64,000 bases of DNA, taken from assembly GCF_009914755.1 (NCBI RefSeq), contig NC_060939.1; one strand, 5' to 3'. Shown in pieces: positions 26,001 through 39,300 of this stretch; position 1 is the stretch's first letter; the number at the start of each line of letters is the position of its first letter. This stretch comes from the human T2T-CHM13v2.0 reference genome, Homo sapiens. The notes below the pieces were generated by a model that searched no databases, was not told where the DNA came from, and saw nothing but the letters and a program-made list of their open reading frames with translations. Both the position numbers and the translations under genes were made by a program.

Positions 26001-29000
26001 TGGATTGCATTCCATTCGATTCCATTCCATTCGAATCAATTACATAGCAATCCATTACATTCGAGTCTATTCTATTCCGTTCCATTCGATTTCGTTCCAA
26101 TCCATTCGATTCCATTCCATTCGATTCCATTCCATACTATTGCATTCCATTCGATTACATTATATTCGAATAAGTTCCATTCAAGACCATTTCTTTTGAG
26201 TCCATTCTATTTGAGTCCATTCCCTTTGATTCCATAACATTTGAGTCCATTCAATTCCATTCCTTTCGTTTCCATTCCATTTGATGCCATTCCATTCAAT
26301 TCTGTTCTACTCGACTCCAATACATTCAATTCCATTCCATCCGATTCCATTACATTCTTTTCATTTCTTATCCATTTCAAGCCATTCCACTCCATTCCAT
26401 TCCACTCGTTTCCTTTCCATTCGAGTCCATTCCTCTCCAGTCCATTCCGTTCAATCCATTCCATTCCAGTCCATTCCATTCGAGTCCGTTCCATTCCAGT
26501 CCATTCCATTCGAGTCAATTCCATCCCATTCGATGTCTTTCCATAACGATCCATTCCACTCTATTCCTTTCGATTCCATTCCATTCTATTTCATTCCATT
26601 CGATTCCCTTCCATTGGACTCCTTTCCATTCGAGTGCATTCCATTCCGTTCCATTTCTTTCCGTTCTGTACGATTCCTACCGTTCGATTTCATTTTCTTC
26701 CAGTCCATTCTTTCGCGTCCATGCCATTCCATTTCACTCCATTCGATTCCATTCCACTCGATTCCACTCCGTTCCATTTCATTGCATTCCATTCTATTCA
26801 ACTCTATTGCCTTCCATTCCATTCCATTCGATTACATTCCATGCGATTCCATTCGAAATCGAATCAATTACATTGCAATCCATTACTATTGAGTCCGTTT
26901 TATTCCAGTCCACTGCATTCTGGTCCATTCCATTTGATTCCATTCCATTCTATTCCATTCCATACAGTTGCATTCCATTGGATTCCATGCTATATCTATA
27001 AATTCAATTCGAGACCATTGCTTTTGAGTCCATTCTATATGATTCCATTCCATTCAAGTCCATTACATTTGGTTAAATTCCATTCCATTCGGTTCAATTC
27101 CATTCCATTCCATTCCCTTCCATTCCATTCCAGTTGATATCAATCCATTCGATTCCATTCCATTCGAGCACATTCCATTCGAATCCATTCCATTCGATGC
27201 CATTCCATTTGATTCTATTCCATTAGTCTCCATTCAATTCCATTAATCTCCATTCCATTCCATTCTACTCCAACTGATTCCATTCCATTCTATTCCTTTC
27301 CATTCCATTTCATTCCATTCCATTCCATTCCATTCCATTCGTGTCCATTCCACTCCAGTCCATTCCATTCGTATCCATTGCATTCCAGTCCATTCCATTT
27401 GTGTCCACTGCATTCCATTCCACTCCATTCCATATTATTCCATTACACTCCATTCCATTCTATTACTTTCATTTCCATTCAATTCCATTCCATTTGATTC
27501 CATTCCACTCGGTTTCATTCCATTTGAGTCCACTCCATTCCATTCCATTCCATTCAGTTCCATTCCATTCTGTTCCATTCCATTCCGTTCCATTACATTC
27601 CATTCCATTCGGTACCATTCCATATTGTTCCATTCGATTCCATTCGAATCCATTCCATTCCAGTCCATTCCATTCGATTCCATTCCATTCATTTCAATTC
27701 CATTCCATTCCATTCCATTACATTCCACTTGATTCCTCTCCATTCCCTTCCACTGCATTCCGTTCGATTCCATTCCATTGCATTGCATTCCATTCCATTG
27801 GATTGCATTCCATTCGATTCCATTCCATTCGAATCAATTACATAGCAATCCATTACATTCGAGTCTATTCTCTTCCGTTCCATTCGATTTCGTTCCAATC
27901 CATTCGATTCCATTCCATTCGATTCCATTCCATACTATTGCATTCCATTCGATTACATTATATTCGAATAAGTTCCATTCAAGACCATTTCTTTTGAGTC
28001 CATTCTATTTGAGTCCATTCCCTTTGATTCCATAACATTTGAGTCCATTCAATTCCATTCCTTTCGTTTCCATTCCATTTGATGCCATTCCATTCAATTC
28101 TGTTCTACTCGACTCCAATACATTCAATTCCATTCCATCCGATTCCATTACATTCTTTTCATTTCTTATCCATTTCAAGCCATTCCACTCCATTCCATTC
28201 CACTCGTTTCCTTTCCATTCGAGTCCATTCCTCTCCAGTCCATTCCGTTCAATCCATTCCATTCCAGTCCATTCCATTCGAGTCCGTTCCATTCCAGTCC
28301 ATTCCATTCGAGTCAATTCCATTCCATTCGATGTCTTTCCATAACGATCCATTCCATTCTATTCCTTTCGATTCCATTCCATTCTATTTCATTCCATTCG
28401 ATTCCCTTCCATTGGACTCCTTTCCATTCGAGTGCATTCCATTCCGTTCCATTTCTTTCCGTTCTGTACGATTCCTACCGTTCGATTTCATTTTGTTCCT
28501 GTCCATTCTTTCGCGTCCATTCATTCCATTTCACTCCATTCGATTCCATTCCACTCGATTCCACTTCGTTCCATTTCATTGCATTTCATTCTATTCAACT
28601 CTATTGCCTTCCATTCCATTCCATTCGATTACATTCCATGCGATTCCATTCGAAATCGAATCAATTACATTGCAATCCATTACTATTGAGTCCGTTTTAT
28701 TCCAGTCCACTGCATTCTGGTCCATTCCATTTGATTCCATTCCATTCTATTCCATTCCATACAGTTGCATTCCATTGGATTCCATGCTATATCTATAAAT
28801 TCAATTCGAGACCATTGCTTTTGAGTCCATTCTATATGATTCCATTCCATTCAAGTCCATTACATTTGGTTAAATTCCATTCCATTCGGTTCAATTCCAT
28901 TCCATTCCATTCCCTTCCATTCCATTCCAGTTGATATCAATCCATTCGATTCCATTCCATTCGAGCACATTCCATTCGAGTCCATTCCATTCGATGCCAT

Positions 29001-32000
29001 TCCATTTGATTCTATTCCATTAGTCTCCATTCAATTCCATTAATCTCCATTCCATTCCATTCTACTCCAACTGATTCCAGTCCATTCTATTCCTTTCCAT
29101 TCCATTTCATTCCATTCCATTCCATTCCATTCCATTCCATTCCATTCGTGTCCATTCCACTCCAGTCCATTCCATTCGTATCCATTCCATTCCAGTCCAT
29201 TCCATTTGTGTCCACTGCATTCCATTCCACTCCATTCCATATTATTCCATTACACTCCATTCCATTCTATTACTTTCATTTCCATTCAATTCCATTCCAT
29301 TTGATTCCATTCCACTCGGTTTCATTCCATTTGAGTCCACTCCATTCCATTCCATTCCATTCAGTTCCATTCCATTCTGTTCCATTCCATTCCGTTCCAT
29401 TACATTCCATTCCATTCGGTACCATTCCATATTGTTCCATTCGATTCCATTCGAATCCATTCCATTCCAGTCCATTCCATTCGATTCCATTCCATTCATT
29501 TCAATTCCATTCCATTCCATTCCATTACATTCCACTTGATTCCTCTCCATTCCCTTCCACTGCATTCCGTTCGATTCCATTCCATTGCATTGCATTCCAT
29601 TCCATTGGATTGCATTCCATTCGATTCCATTCCATTCGAATCAATTACATAGCAATCCATTACATTCGAGTCTATTCTCTTCCGTTCCATTCGATTTCGT
29701 TCCAATCCATTCGATTCCATTCCATTCGATTCCATTCCATACTATTGCATTCCATTCGATTACATTATATTCGAATAAGTTCCATTCAAGACCATTTCTT
29801 TTGAGTCCATTCTATTTGAGTCCATTCCCTTTGATTCCATAACATTTGAGTCCATTCAATTCCATTCCTTTCGTTTCCATTCCATTTGATGCCATTCCAT
29901 TCAATTCTGTTCTACTCGACTCCAATACATTCAATTCCATTCCATCCGATTCCATTACATTCTTTTCATTTCTTATCCATTTCAAGCCATTCCACTCCAT
30001 TCCATTCCACTCGTTTCCTTTCCATTCGAGTCCATTCCTCTCCAGTCCATTCCGTTCAATCCATTCCATTCCAGTCCATTCCATTCGAGTCCGTTCCATT
30101 CCAGTCCATTCCATTCGAGTCAATTCCATTCCATTCGATGTCTTTCCATAACGATCCATTCCATTCTATTCCTTTCGATTCCATTCCATTCTATTTCATT
30201 CCATTCGATTCCCTTCCATTGGACTCCTTTCCATTCGAGTGCATTCCATTCCGTTCCATTTCTTTCCGTTCTGTACGATTCCTACCGTTCGATTTCATTT
30301 TGTTCCAGTCCATTCCTTTCGCGTCCATTCCATTCCATTTCACTCCATTCGATTCCATTCCACTCGATTCCACTTCGTTCCATTTCATTGCATTCCATTC
30401 TATTCAACTCTATTGCCTTCCATTCCATTCCATTCGATTACATTCCATGCGATTCCATTCGAAATCGAATCAATTACATTGCAAACCATTACTATTGAGT
30501 CCGTTTTATTCCAGTCCACTGCATTCTGGTCCATTCCATTTGATTCCATTCCATTCTATTCCATTCCATACAGTTGCATTCCATTGGATTCCATGCTATA
30601 TCTATAAATTCAATTCGAGACCATTGCTTTTGAGTCCATTCTATATGATTCCATTCCATTCAAGTCCATTACATTTGGTTCAATTCCATTCCATTCCATT
30701 CCCTTTCATTCCATTCCATTTGATATCAATCCATTCGATTCCATTCCATTCGAGCACATTCCATTCGAGTCCATTCCATTCGATGCCATTCCATTTGATT
30801 CTATTCCATTAGTCTCCATTCAATTCCATTAATCTCCATTCCATTCCATTCTACTCCTACTGATTCAATTCCATTCTATTCCTTTCCATTCCATTTCATT
30901 CCATTCCATTCCATTTCATTCCATTCCATTCCATTCGTGTCCATTCCACTCCAGTCCATTCCATTCGTGTCCATTCCATTCCAGTCCATTCCATTTGTGT
31001 CCACTGCATTCCATTCCACTCCATTCCATATTATTCCATTACACTCCATTCCATTCTATTACTTTCATTTCCATTCAATTCCATTCCATTTGATTCCATT
31101 CCACTCGGTTTCATTCCATTTGAGTCCACTCCATTCCATTCCATTAAATTCCATTCAGTTCCATTCCATTCCTTTCCATAACATTCCATTCCATTCGGTA
31201 CCATTACATATTGTTCCATTCGATTCCATTCGAATCCATTCCATTCCAGTCCATTCCATTCGATTCCATTCCATTCATTTCAATTCCATTCCATTCCATT
31301 CCATTACATTCCACTTGATTCCTCTCCATTCCCTTCCACTGCATTCCGTTCGATTCCATTCCATTGCATTGCATTCCATTCCATTGGATTGCATTCCATT
31401 CGATTCCATTCCATTCGAATCAATTACATAGCAATCCATTACATTCGAGTCTATTCTATTCCGTTCCATTCGATTTCGTTCCAATCCATTCGATTCCATT
31501 CCATTCGATTCCATTCCATACTATTGCATTCCATTCGATTACATTATATTCGAATAAGTTCCATTCAAGACCATTTCTTTTGAGTCCATTCTATTTGAGT
31601 CCATTCCCTTTGATTCCATAACATTTGAGTCCATTCAATTCCATTCCTTTCGTTTCCATTCCATTTGATGCCATTCCATTCAATTCTGTTCTACTCGACT
31701 CCAATACATTCAATTCCATTCCATCCGATTCCATTACATTCTTTTCATTTCTTATCCATTTCAAGCCATTCCACTCCATTCCATTCCACTCGTTTCCTTT
31801 CCATTCGAGTCCATTCCTCTCCAGTCCATTCCGTTCAATCCATTCCATTCCAGTCCATTCCATTCGAGTCCGTTCCATTCCAGTCCATTCCATTCGAGTC
31901 AATTCCATCCCATTCGATGTCTTTCCATAACGATCCATTCCACTCTATTCCTTTCGATTCCATTCCATTCTATTTCATTCCATTCGATTCCCTTCCATTG

Positions 32001-32089
32001 GACTCCTTTCCATTCGAGTGCATTCCATTCCGTTCCATTTCTTTCCGTTCTGTACGATTCCTACCGTTCGATTTCATTTTGTTCCAGTC

Positions 32090-33330
32090 CATTCCTTTCG
32101 CGTCCATTCCATTCCATTTCACTCCATTCGATTCCATTCCCCTCGATTCCACTTCGTTCCATTTCATTGCATTCCATTCTATTCAACTCTATTGCCTTCC
32201 ATTCCATTCCATTCGATTACATTCCATGCGATTCCATTCGAAATCGAATCAATTACATTGCAATCCATTACTATTGAGTCCATTTTATTCCAGTCCACTG
32301 CATTCTGGTCCATTCCATTTGATTCCATTCCATTCTATTCCATTCCATACAGTTGCATTCCATTGAACTCCATTGTATATCTATAAATTCAATTCGAGAC
32401 CATTGCTTTTGAGTCCATTCTATATGATTCCATTCCATTCAAGTCCATTACATTTGGTTCAATTCCATTCCATTCCATTCCCTTCCATTCCATTCCAGTT
32501 GATATCAATCCATTCGATTCCATTCCATTCGAGCACATTCCATTCGAGTCCATTCCATTCGATGCCATTCCATTTGATTCTATTCCATTAGTCTCCATTC
32601 AATTCCATTAATCTCCATTCCATTCCATTCTACTCCAACTGATTCCATTCCATTCTATTCCTTTCCATTCCATTTCATTCCATTCCATTCCATTTCATTC
32701 CATTCCATTCCATTCCATTCCATTCGCTTCCATTCCATTCGTGTCCATTGCATTCCAGTCCATTCCATTTGTGTCCACTGCATTCCATTCCACTCCATTC
32801 CATATTATTCCATTACACTCCATTCCATTCTATTACTTTCATTTCCATTGAATTCCATTCCATTTGATTCCATTCCACTCGGTTTCATTCCATTTGAGTC
32901 CACTCCACTCCATTCCATTCCATTCCATTCCATTCAGTTCCATTCCATTCTGTTCCATTCCATTCCGTTCCATTGCATTCCATTCCATTCTGTACCATTC
33001 CATATTGTTCCATTCGATTCCATTCGAATCCATTCCATTCCAGTCCATTCCATTCGATTCCATTCCATTCCTTTCAATTCCATTCCATTCCATTCCATTC
33101 CACTTGATTCCACTCCATTCCCTTCCACTGCATTCCATTGCATTGCATTCCATTCCATTGGACTGCATTCCATTCGATTCCATTCCATTCGAATCAATTA
33201 CATAGCAATCCATTACATTCGAGTCTATTCTATTCCGTTCCATTCGATTTCGTTCCAATCCATTCGATTCCATTCCATTCGATTCCATTCCATACTATTG
33301 CATTCCATTCTATTACATTATACTCGAATA
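32090..33330 (+). repeat. Divergent type C unit segment, copy 1
   Basis: Cluster of variants: gaactccattgtatat (32365), cgcttcc (32725), EcoRI GAATTC (32850), ctttcaattc, gattccactcc, ggactgcattc and a 10 bp deletion. The KpnI site is lost (tgtacc at 32991). Confidence 0.85.
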
Positions 33331-36300
33331 AGTTCCATTCAAGACCATTTCTTTTGAGTCCATTCTATTTGAGTCCATTCCCTTTGATTCCATAACATTT
33401 GAGTCCATTCAATTCCATTCCTTTCGTTTCCATTCCATTTGATGCCATTCCATTCAATTCTGTTCTACTCGACTCCAATACATTCAATTCCATTCCATCC
33501 GATTCCATTACATTCTTTTCATTTCTTATCCATTTCAAGCCATTCCACTCCATTCCATTCCACTCGTTTCCTTTCCATTCGAGTCCATTCCTCTCCAGTC
33601 CATTCCGTTCAATCCATTCCATTCCAGTCCATTCCATTCGAGTCCGTTCCATTCCAGTCCATTCCATTCGAGTCAATTCCATCCCATTCGATGTCTTTCC
33701 ATAACGATCCATTCCATTCTATTCCTTTCGATTCCATTCCATTCTATTTCATTCCATTCGATTCCCTTCCATTGGACTCCTTTCCATTCGAGTGCATTCC
33801 ATTCCGTTCCATTTCTTTCCGTTCTGTACGATTCCTACCGTTTGATTTCATTTTCTTCCAGTCCATTCTTTCGCGTCCATTCCATTCCATTTCACTCCAT
33901 TCGATTCCATTCCACTCGATTCCACTTCGTTCCATTTCATTGCATTCCATTCTATTCAACTCTATTGCCTTCCATTCCATTCCATTCGATTACATTCCAT
34001 GCGATTCCATTCGAAATCGAATCAATTACATTGCAATCCATTACTATTGAGTCCGTTTTATTCCAGTCCACTGCATTCTGGTCCATTCCATTTGATTCCA
34101 TTCCATTCTATTCCATTCCATACAGTTGCATTCCATTGGATTCCATGCTATATCTATAAATTCAATTCGAGACCATTGCTTTTGAGTCCATTCTATATGA
34201 TTCCATTCCATTCAAGTCCATTACATTTGGTTAAATTCCATTCCATTCGGTTCAATTCCATTCCATTCCATTCCCTTCCATTCCATTCCAGTTGATATCA
34301 ATCCATTCGATTCCATTCCATTCGAGCACATTCCATTCGAGTCCATTCCATTCGATGCCATTCCATTTGATTCTATTCCATTAGTCTCCATTCAATTCCA
34401 TTAATCTCCATTCCATTCCATTCTACTCCAACTGATTCCATTCCATTCTATTCCTTTCCATTCCATTTCATTCCATTCCATTCCATTCCATTCCATTCCA
34501 TTCCATTCCATTCCATTCCATTCGTGTCCATTCCACTCCAGTCCATTCCATTCGTATCCATTCCATTCCAGTCCATTCCATTTGTGTCCACTGCATTCCA
34601 TTCCACTCCATTCCATATTATTCCATTACACTCCATTCCATTCTATTACTTTCATTTCCATTCAATTCCATTCCATTTGATTCCATTCCACTCGGTTTCA
34701 TTCCATTTGAGTCCACTCCATTCCATTCCATTCCATTCAGTTCCATTCCATTCTGTTCCATTCCATTCCGTTCCGTTACATTCCATTCCATTCGGTACCA
34801 TTCCATATTGTTCCATTCGATTCCATTCGAATCCATTCCATTCCAGTCCATTCCATTCGATTCCATTCCATTCATTTCAATTCCATTCCATTCCATTCCA
34901 TTATATTCCTCTTGATTCCTCTCCATTCCCTTCCACTGCATTCCGTTCGATTCCATTCCATTGCATTGCATTCCATTCCATTGGATTGCATTCCATTCGA
35001 TTCCATTCCATTCGAATCAATTACATAGCAATCCATTACATTCGAGTCTATTCTCTTCTGTTCCATTCGATTTCGTTCCAATCCATTCGATTCCATTCCA
35101 TTCGATTCCATTCCATACTATTGCATTCCATTCGATTACATTATATTCGAATAAGTTCCATTCAAGACCATTTCTTTTGAGTCCATTCTATTTGAGTCCA
35201 TTCCCTTTGATTCCATAACATTTGAGTCCATTCAATTCCATTCCTTTCGCTTCCATTCCATTTGATGCCATTCCATTCAATTCTGTTCTACTCGACTCCA
35301 ATACATTCAATTCCATTCCATCCGATTCCATTACATTCTTTTCATTTCTTATCCATTTCAAGCCATTCCACTCCATTCCATTCCACTCGTTTCCTTTCCA
35401 TTCGAGTCCATTCCTCTCCAGTCCATTCCGTTCAATCCATTCCATTCCAGTCCATTCCATTCGAGTCCGTTCCATTCCAGTCCATTCCATTCGAGTCAAT
35501 TCCATTCCATTCGATGTCTTTCCATAACGATCCATTCCATTCTATTCCTTTCGATTCCATTCCATTCTATTTCATTCCATTCGATTCCCTTCCATTGGAC
35601 TCCTTTCCATTCGAGTGCATTCCATTCCGTTCCATTTCTTTCCGTTCTGTACGATTCCTACCGTTCGATTTCATTTTGTTCCAGTCCATTCTTTCGCGTC
35701 CATTCCATTCCATTTCACTCCATTCGATTCGATTCCACTCGATTCCACTTCGTTCCATTTCATTGCATTCCATTCTATTCAACTCTATTGCCTTCCATTC
35801 CATTCCATTCCATTACATTCCATGCGATTCCATTCGAAATCGAATCAATTACATTGCAATCCATTACTATTGAGTCCGTTTTATTCCAGTCCACTGCATT
35901 CTGGTCCATTCCATTTGATTCCATTCCATTCTATTCCATTCCATACAGTTGCATTCCATTGGATTCCATGCTATATCTATAAATTCAATTCGAGACCATT
36001 GCTTTTGAGTCCATTCTATATGATTCCATTCCATTCAAGTCCATTACATTTGGTTAAATTCCATTCCATTCGGTTCAATTCCATTCCATTCCATTCCCTT
36101 CCATTCCATTCCAGTTGATATCAATCCATTCGATTCCATTCCATTCGAGCACATTCCATTCGAGTCCATTCCATTCGATGCCATTCCATTTGATTCTATT
36201 CCATTAGTCTCCATTCAATTCCATTAATCTCCATTCCATTCCATTCTACTCCAACTGATTCCATTCCATTCTATTCCTTTCCATTCCATTTCATTCCATT

Positions 36301-39300
36301 CCATTCCATTCCATTCCATTCCATTCCATTCGTGTCCATTCCACTCCAGTCCATTCCATTCGTATCCATTCCATTCCAGTCCATTCCATTTGTGTCCACT
36401 GCATTCCATTCCACTCCATTCCATATTATTCCATTACACTCCATTCCATTCTATTACTTTCATTTCCATTCAAATCCATTCCATTTGATTCCATTCCACT
36501 CGGTTTCATTCCATTTGAGTCCACTCCATTCCATTCCATTCCATTCAGTTCCATTCCATTCTGTTCCATTCCATTCCGTTCCATTACATTGCATTCCATT
36601 CGGTACCATTCCATATTGTTCCATTCGATTCCATTCGAATCCATTCCATTCCAGTCCATTCCATTCGATTCCATTCCATTCATTTCAATTCCATTCCATT
36701 CCATTCCATTCCATTCCACTTGATTCCTCTCCATTCCCTTCCACTGCATTCCGTTCGATTCCATTCCATTGCATTGCATTCCATTCCATTGGATTGCATT
36801 CCATTCGATTCCATTCCATTCGAATCAATTACATAGCAATCCATTACATTCGAGTCTATTCTCTTCCGTTCCATTCGATTTCGTTCCAATCCATTCGATT
36901 CCATTCCATTCGATTCCATTCCATACTATTGCATTCCATTCGATTACATTATATTCGAATAAGTTCCATTCAAGACCATTTCTTTTGAGTCCATTCTATT
37001 TGAGTCCATTCCCTTTGATTCCATAACATTTGAGTCCATTCAATTCCATTCCTTTCGTTTCCATTCCATTTGATGCCATTCCATTCAATTCTGTTCTACT
37101 CGACTCCAATACATTCAATTCCATTCCATCCGATTCCATTACATTCTTTTCATTTCTTATCCATTTCAAGCCATTCCACTCCATTCCATTCCACTCGTTT
37201 CCTTTCCATTCGAGTCCATTCCTCTCCAGTCCATTCCATTCAATCCATTCCATTCCAGTCCATTCCATTCGAGTCCGTTCCATTCCAGTCCATTCCATTC
37301 GAGTCAATTCCATTCCATTCGATGTCTTTCCATAACGATCCATTCCATTCTATTCCTTTCGATTCCATTCCATTCTATTTCATTCCATTCGATTCCCTTC
37401 CATTGGACTCCTTTCCATTCGAGTGCATTCCATTCCGTTCCATTTCTTTCCGTTCTGTACGATTCCTACCGTTCGATTTCATTTTGTTCCAGTCCATTCT
37501 TTCGCGTCCATTCATTCCATTTCACTCCATTCGATTCCATTCCACTCGATTCCACTTCGTTCCATTTCATTGCATTCCATTCTATTCAACTCTATTGCCT
37601 TCCATTCCATTCCATTCGATTACATTCCATGCGATTCCATTCGAAATCGAATCAATTACATTGCAATCCATTACTATTGAGTCCGTTTTATTCCAGTCCA
37701 CTGCATTCTGGTCCATTCCATTTGATTCCATTCCATTCTATTCCATTCCATACAGTTGCATTCCATTGGATTCCATGCTATATCTATAAATTCAATTCGA
37801 GACCATTGCTTTTGAGTCCATTCTATATGATTCCATTCCATTCAAGTCCATTACATTTGGTTAAATTCCATTCCATTCGGTTCAATTCCATTCCATTCCA
37901 TTCCCTTCCATTCCATTCCAGTTGATATCAATCCATTCGATTCCATTCCATTCGAGCACATTCCATTCGAGTCCATTCCATTCGATGCCATTCCATTTGA
38001 TTCTATTCCATTAGTCTCCATTCAATTCCATTAATCTCCATTCCATTCCATTCTACTCCAACTGATTCCATTCCATTCTATTCCTTTTTATTCCATTTCA
38101 TTCCATTCCATTCCATTCCATTCCATTCCATTCCATTCCATTCGTGTCCATTCCACTCCAGTCCATTCCATTCGTATCCATTCCATTCCAGTCCATTCCA
38201 TTTGTGTCCACTGCTTTCCATTCCACTCCATTCCATATTATTCCATTACACTCCATTCCATTCTATTACTTTCATTTCCATTCAATTCCATTCCATTTGA
38301 TTCCATTCCACTCGGTTTCATTCCATTTGAGTCCACTCCATTCCATTCCATTCCATTCAGTTCCATTCCATTCTGTTCCATTCCATTCCGTTCCATTACA
38401 TTCCATTCCATTCGGTACCATTCCATATTGTTCCATTCGATTCCATTCGAATCCATTCCATTCCAGTCCATTCCATTCGATTCCATTCCATTCATTTCAA
38501 TTCCATTCCATTCCATTCCATTACATTCCACTTGATTCCTCTCCATTCCCTTCCACTGCATTCCGTTCGATTCCATTCCATTGCATTGCATTCCATTCCA
38601 TTGGATTGCATTCCATTCGATTCCATTCCATTCGAATCAATTACATAGCAATCCATTACATTCGAGTCTATTCTATTCCGTTCCATTCGATTTCGTTCCA
38701 ATCCATTCGATTCCATTCCATTCGATTCCATTCCATACTATTGCATTCCATTCGATTACATTATATTCGAATAAGTTCCATTCAAGACCATTTCTTTTGA
38801 GTCCATTCTATTTGAGTCCATTCCCTTTGATTCCATAACATTTGAGTCCATTCAATTCCATTCCTTTCGTTTCCATTCCATTTGATGCCATTCCATTCAA
38901 TTCTGTTCTACTCGACTCCAATACATTCAATTCCATTCCATCCGATTCCATTACATTCTTTTCATTTCTTATCCATTTCAAGCCATTCCACTCCATTCCA
39001 TTCCACTCGTTTCCTTTCCATTCGAGTCCATTCCTCTCCAGTCCATTCCGTTCAATCCATTCCATTCCAGTCCATTCCATTCGAGTCCGTTCCATTCCAG
39101 TCCATTCCATTCGAGTCAATTCCATTCCATTCGATGTCTTTCCATAACGATCCATTCCATTCTATTCCTTTCGATTCCATTCCATTCTATTTCATTCCAT
39201 TCGATTCCCTTCCATTGGACTCCTTTCCATTCGAGTGCATTCCATTCCGTTCCATTTCTTTCCGTTCTGTACGATTCCTACCGTTCGATTTCATTTTCTT

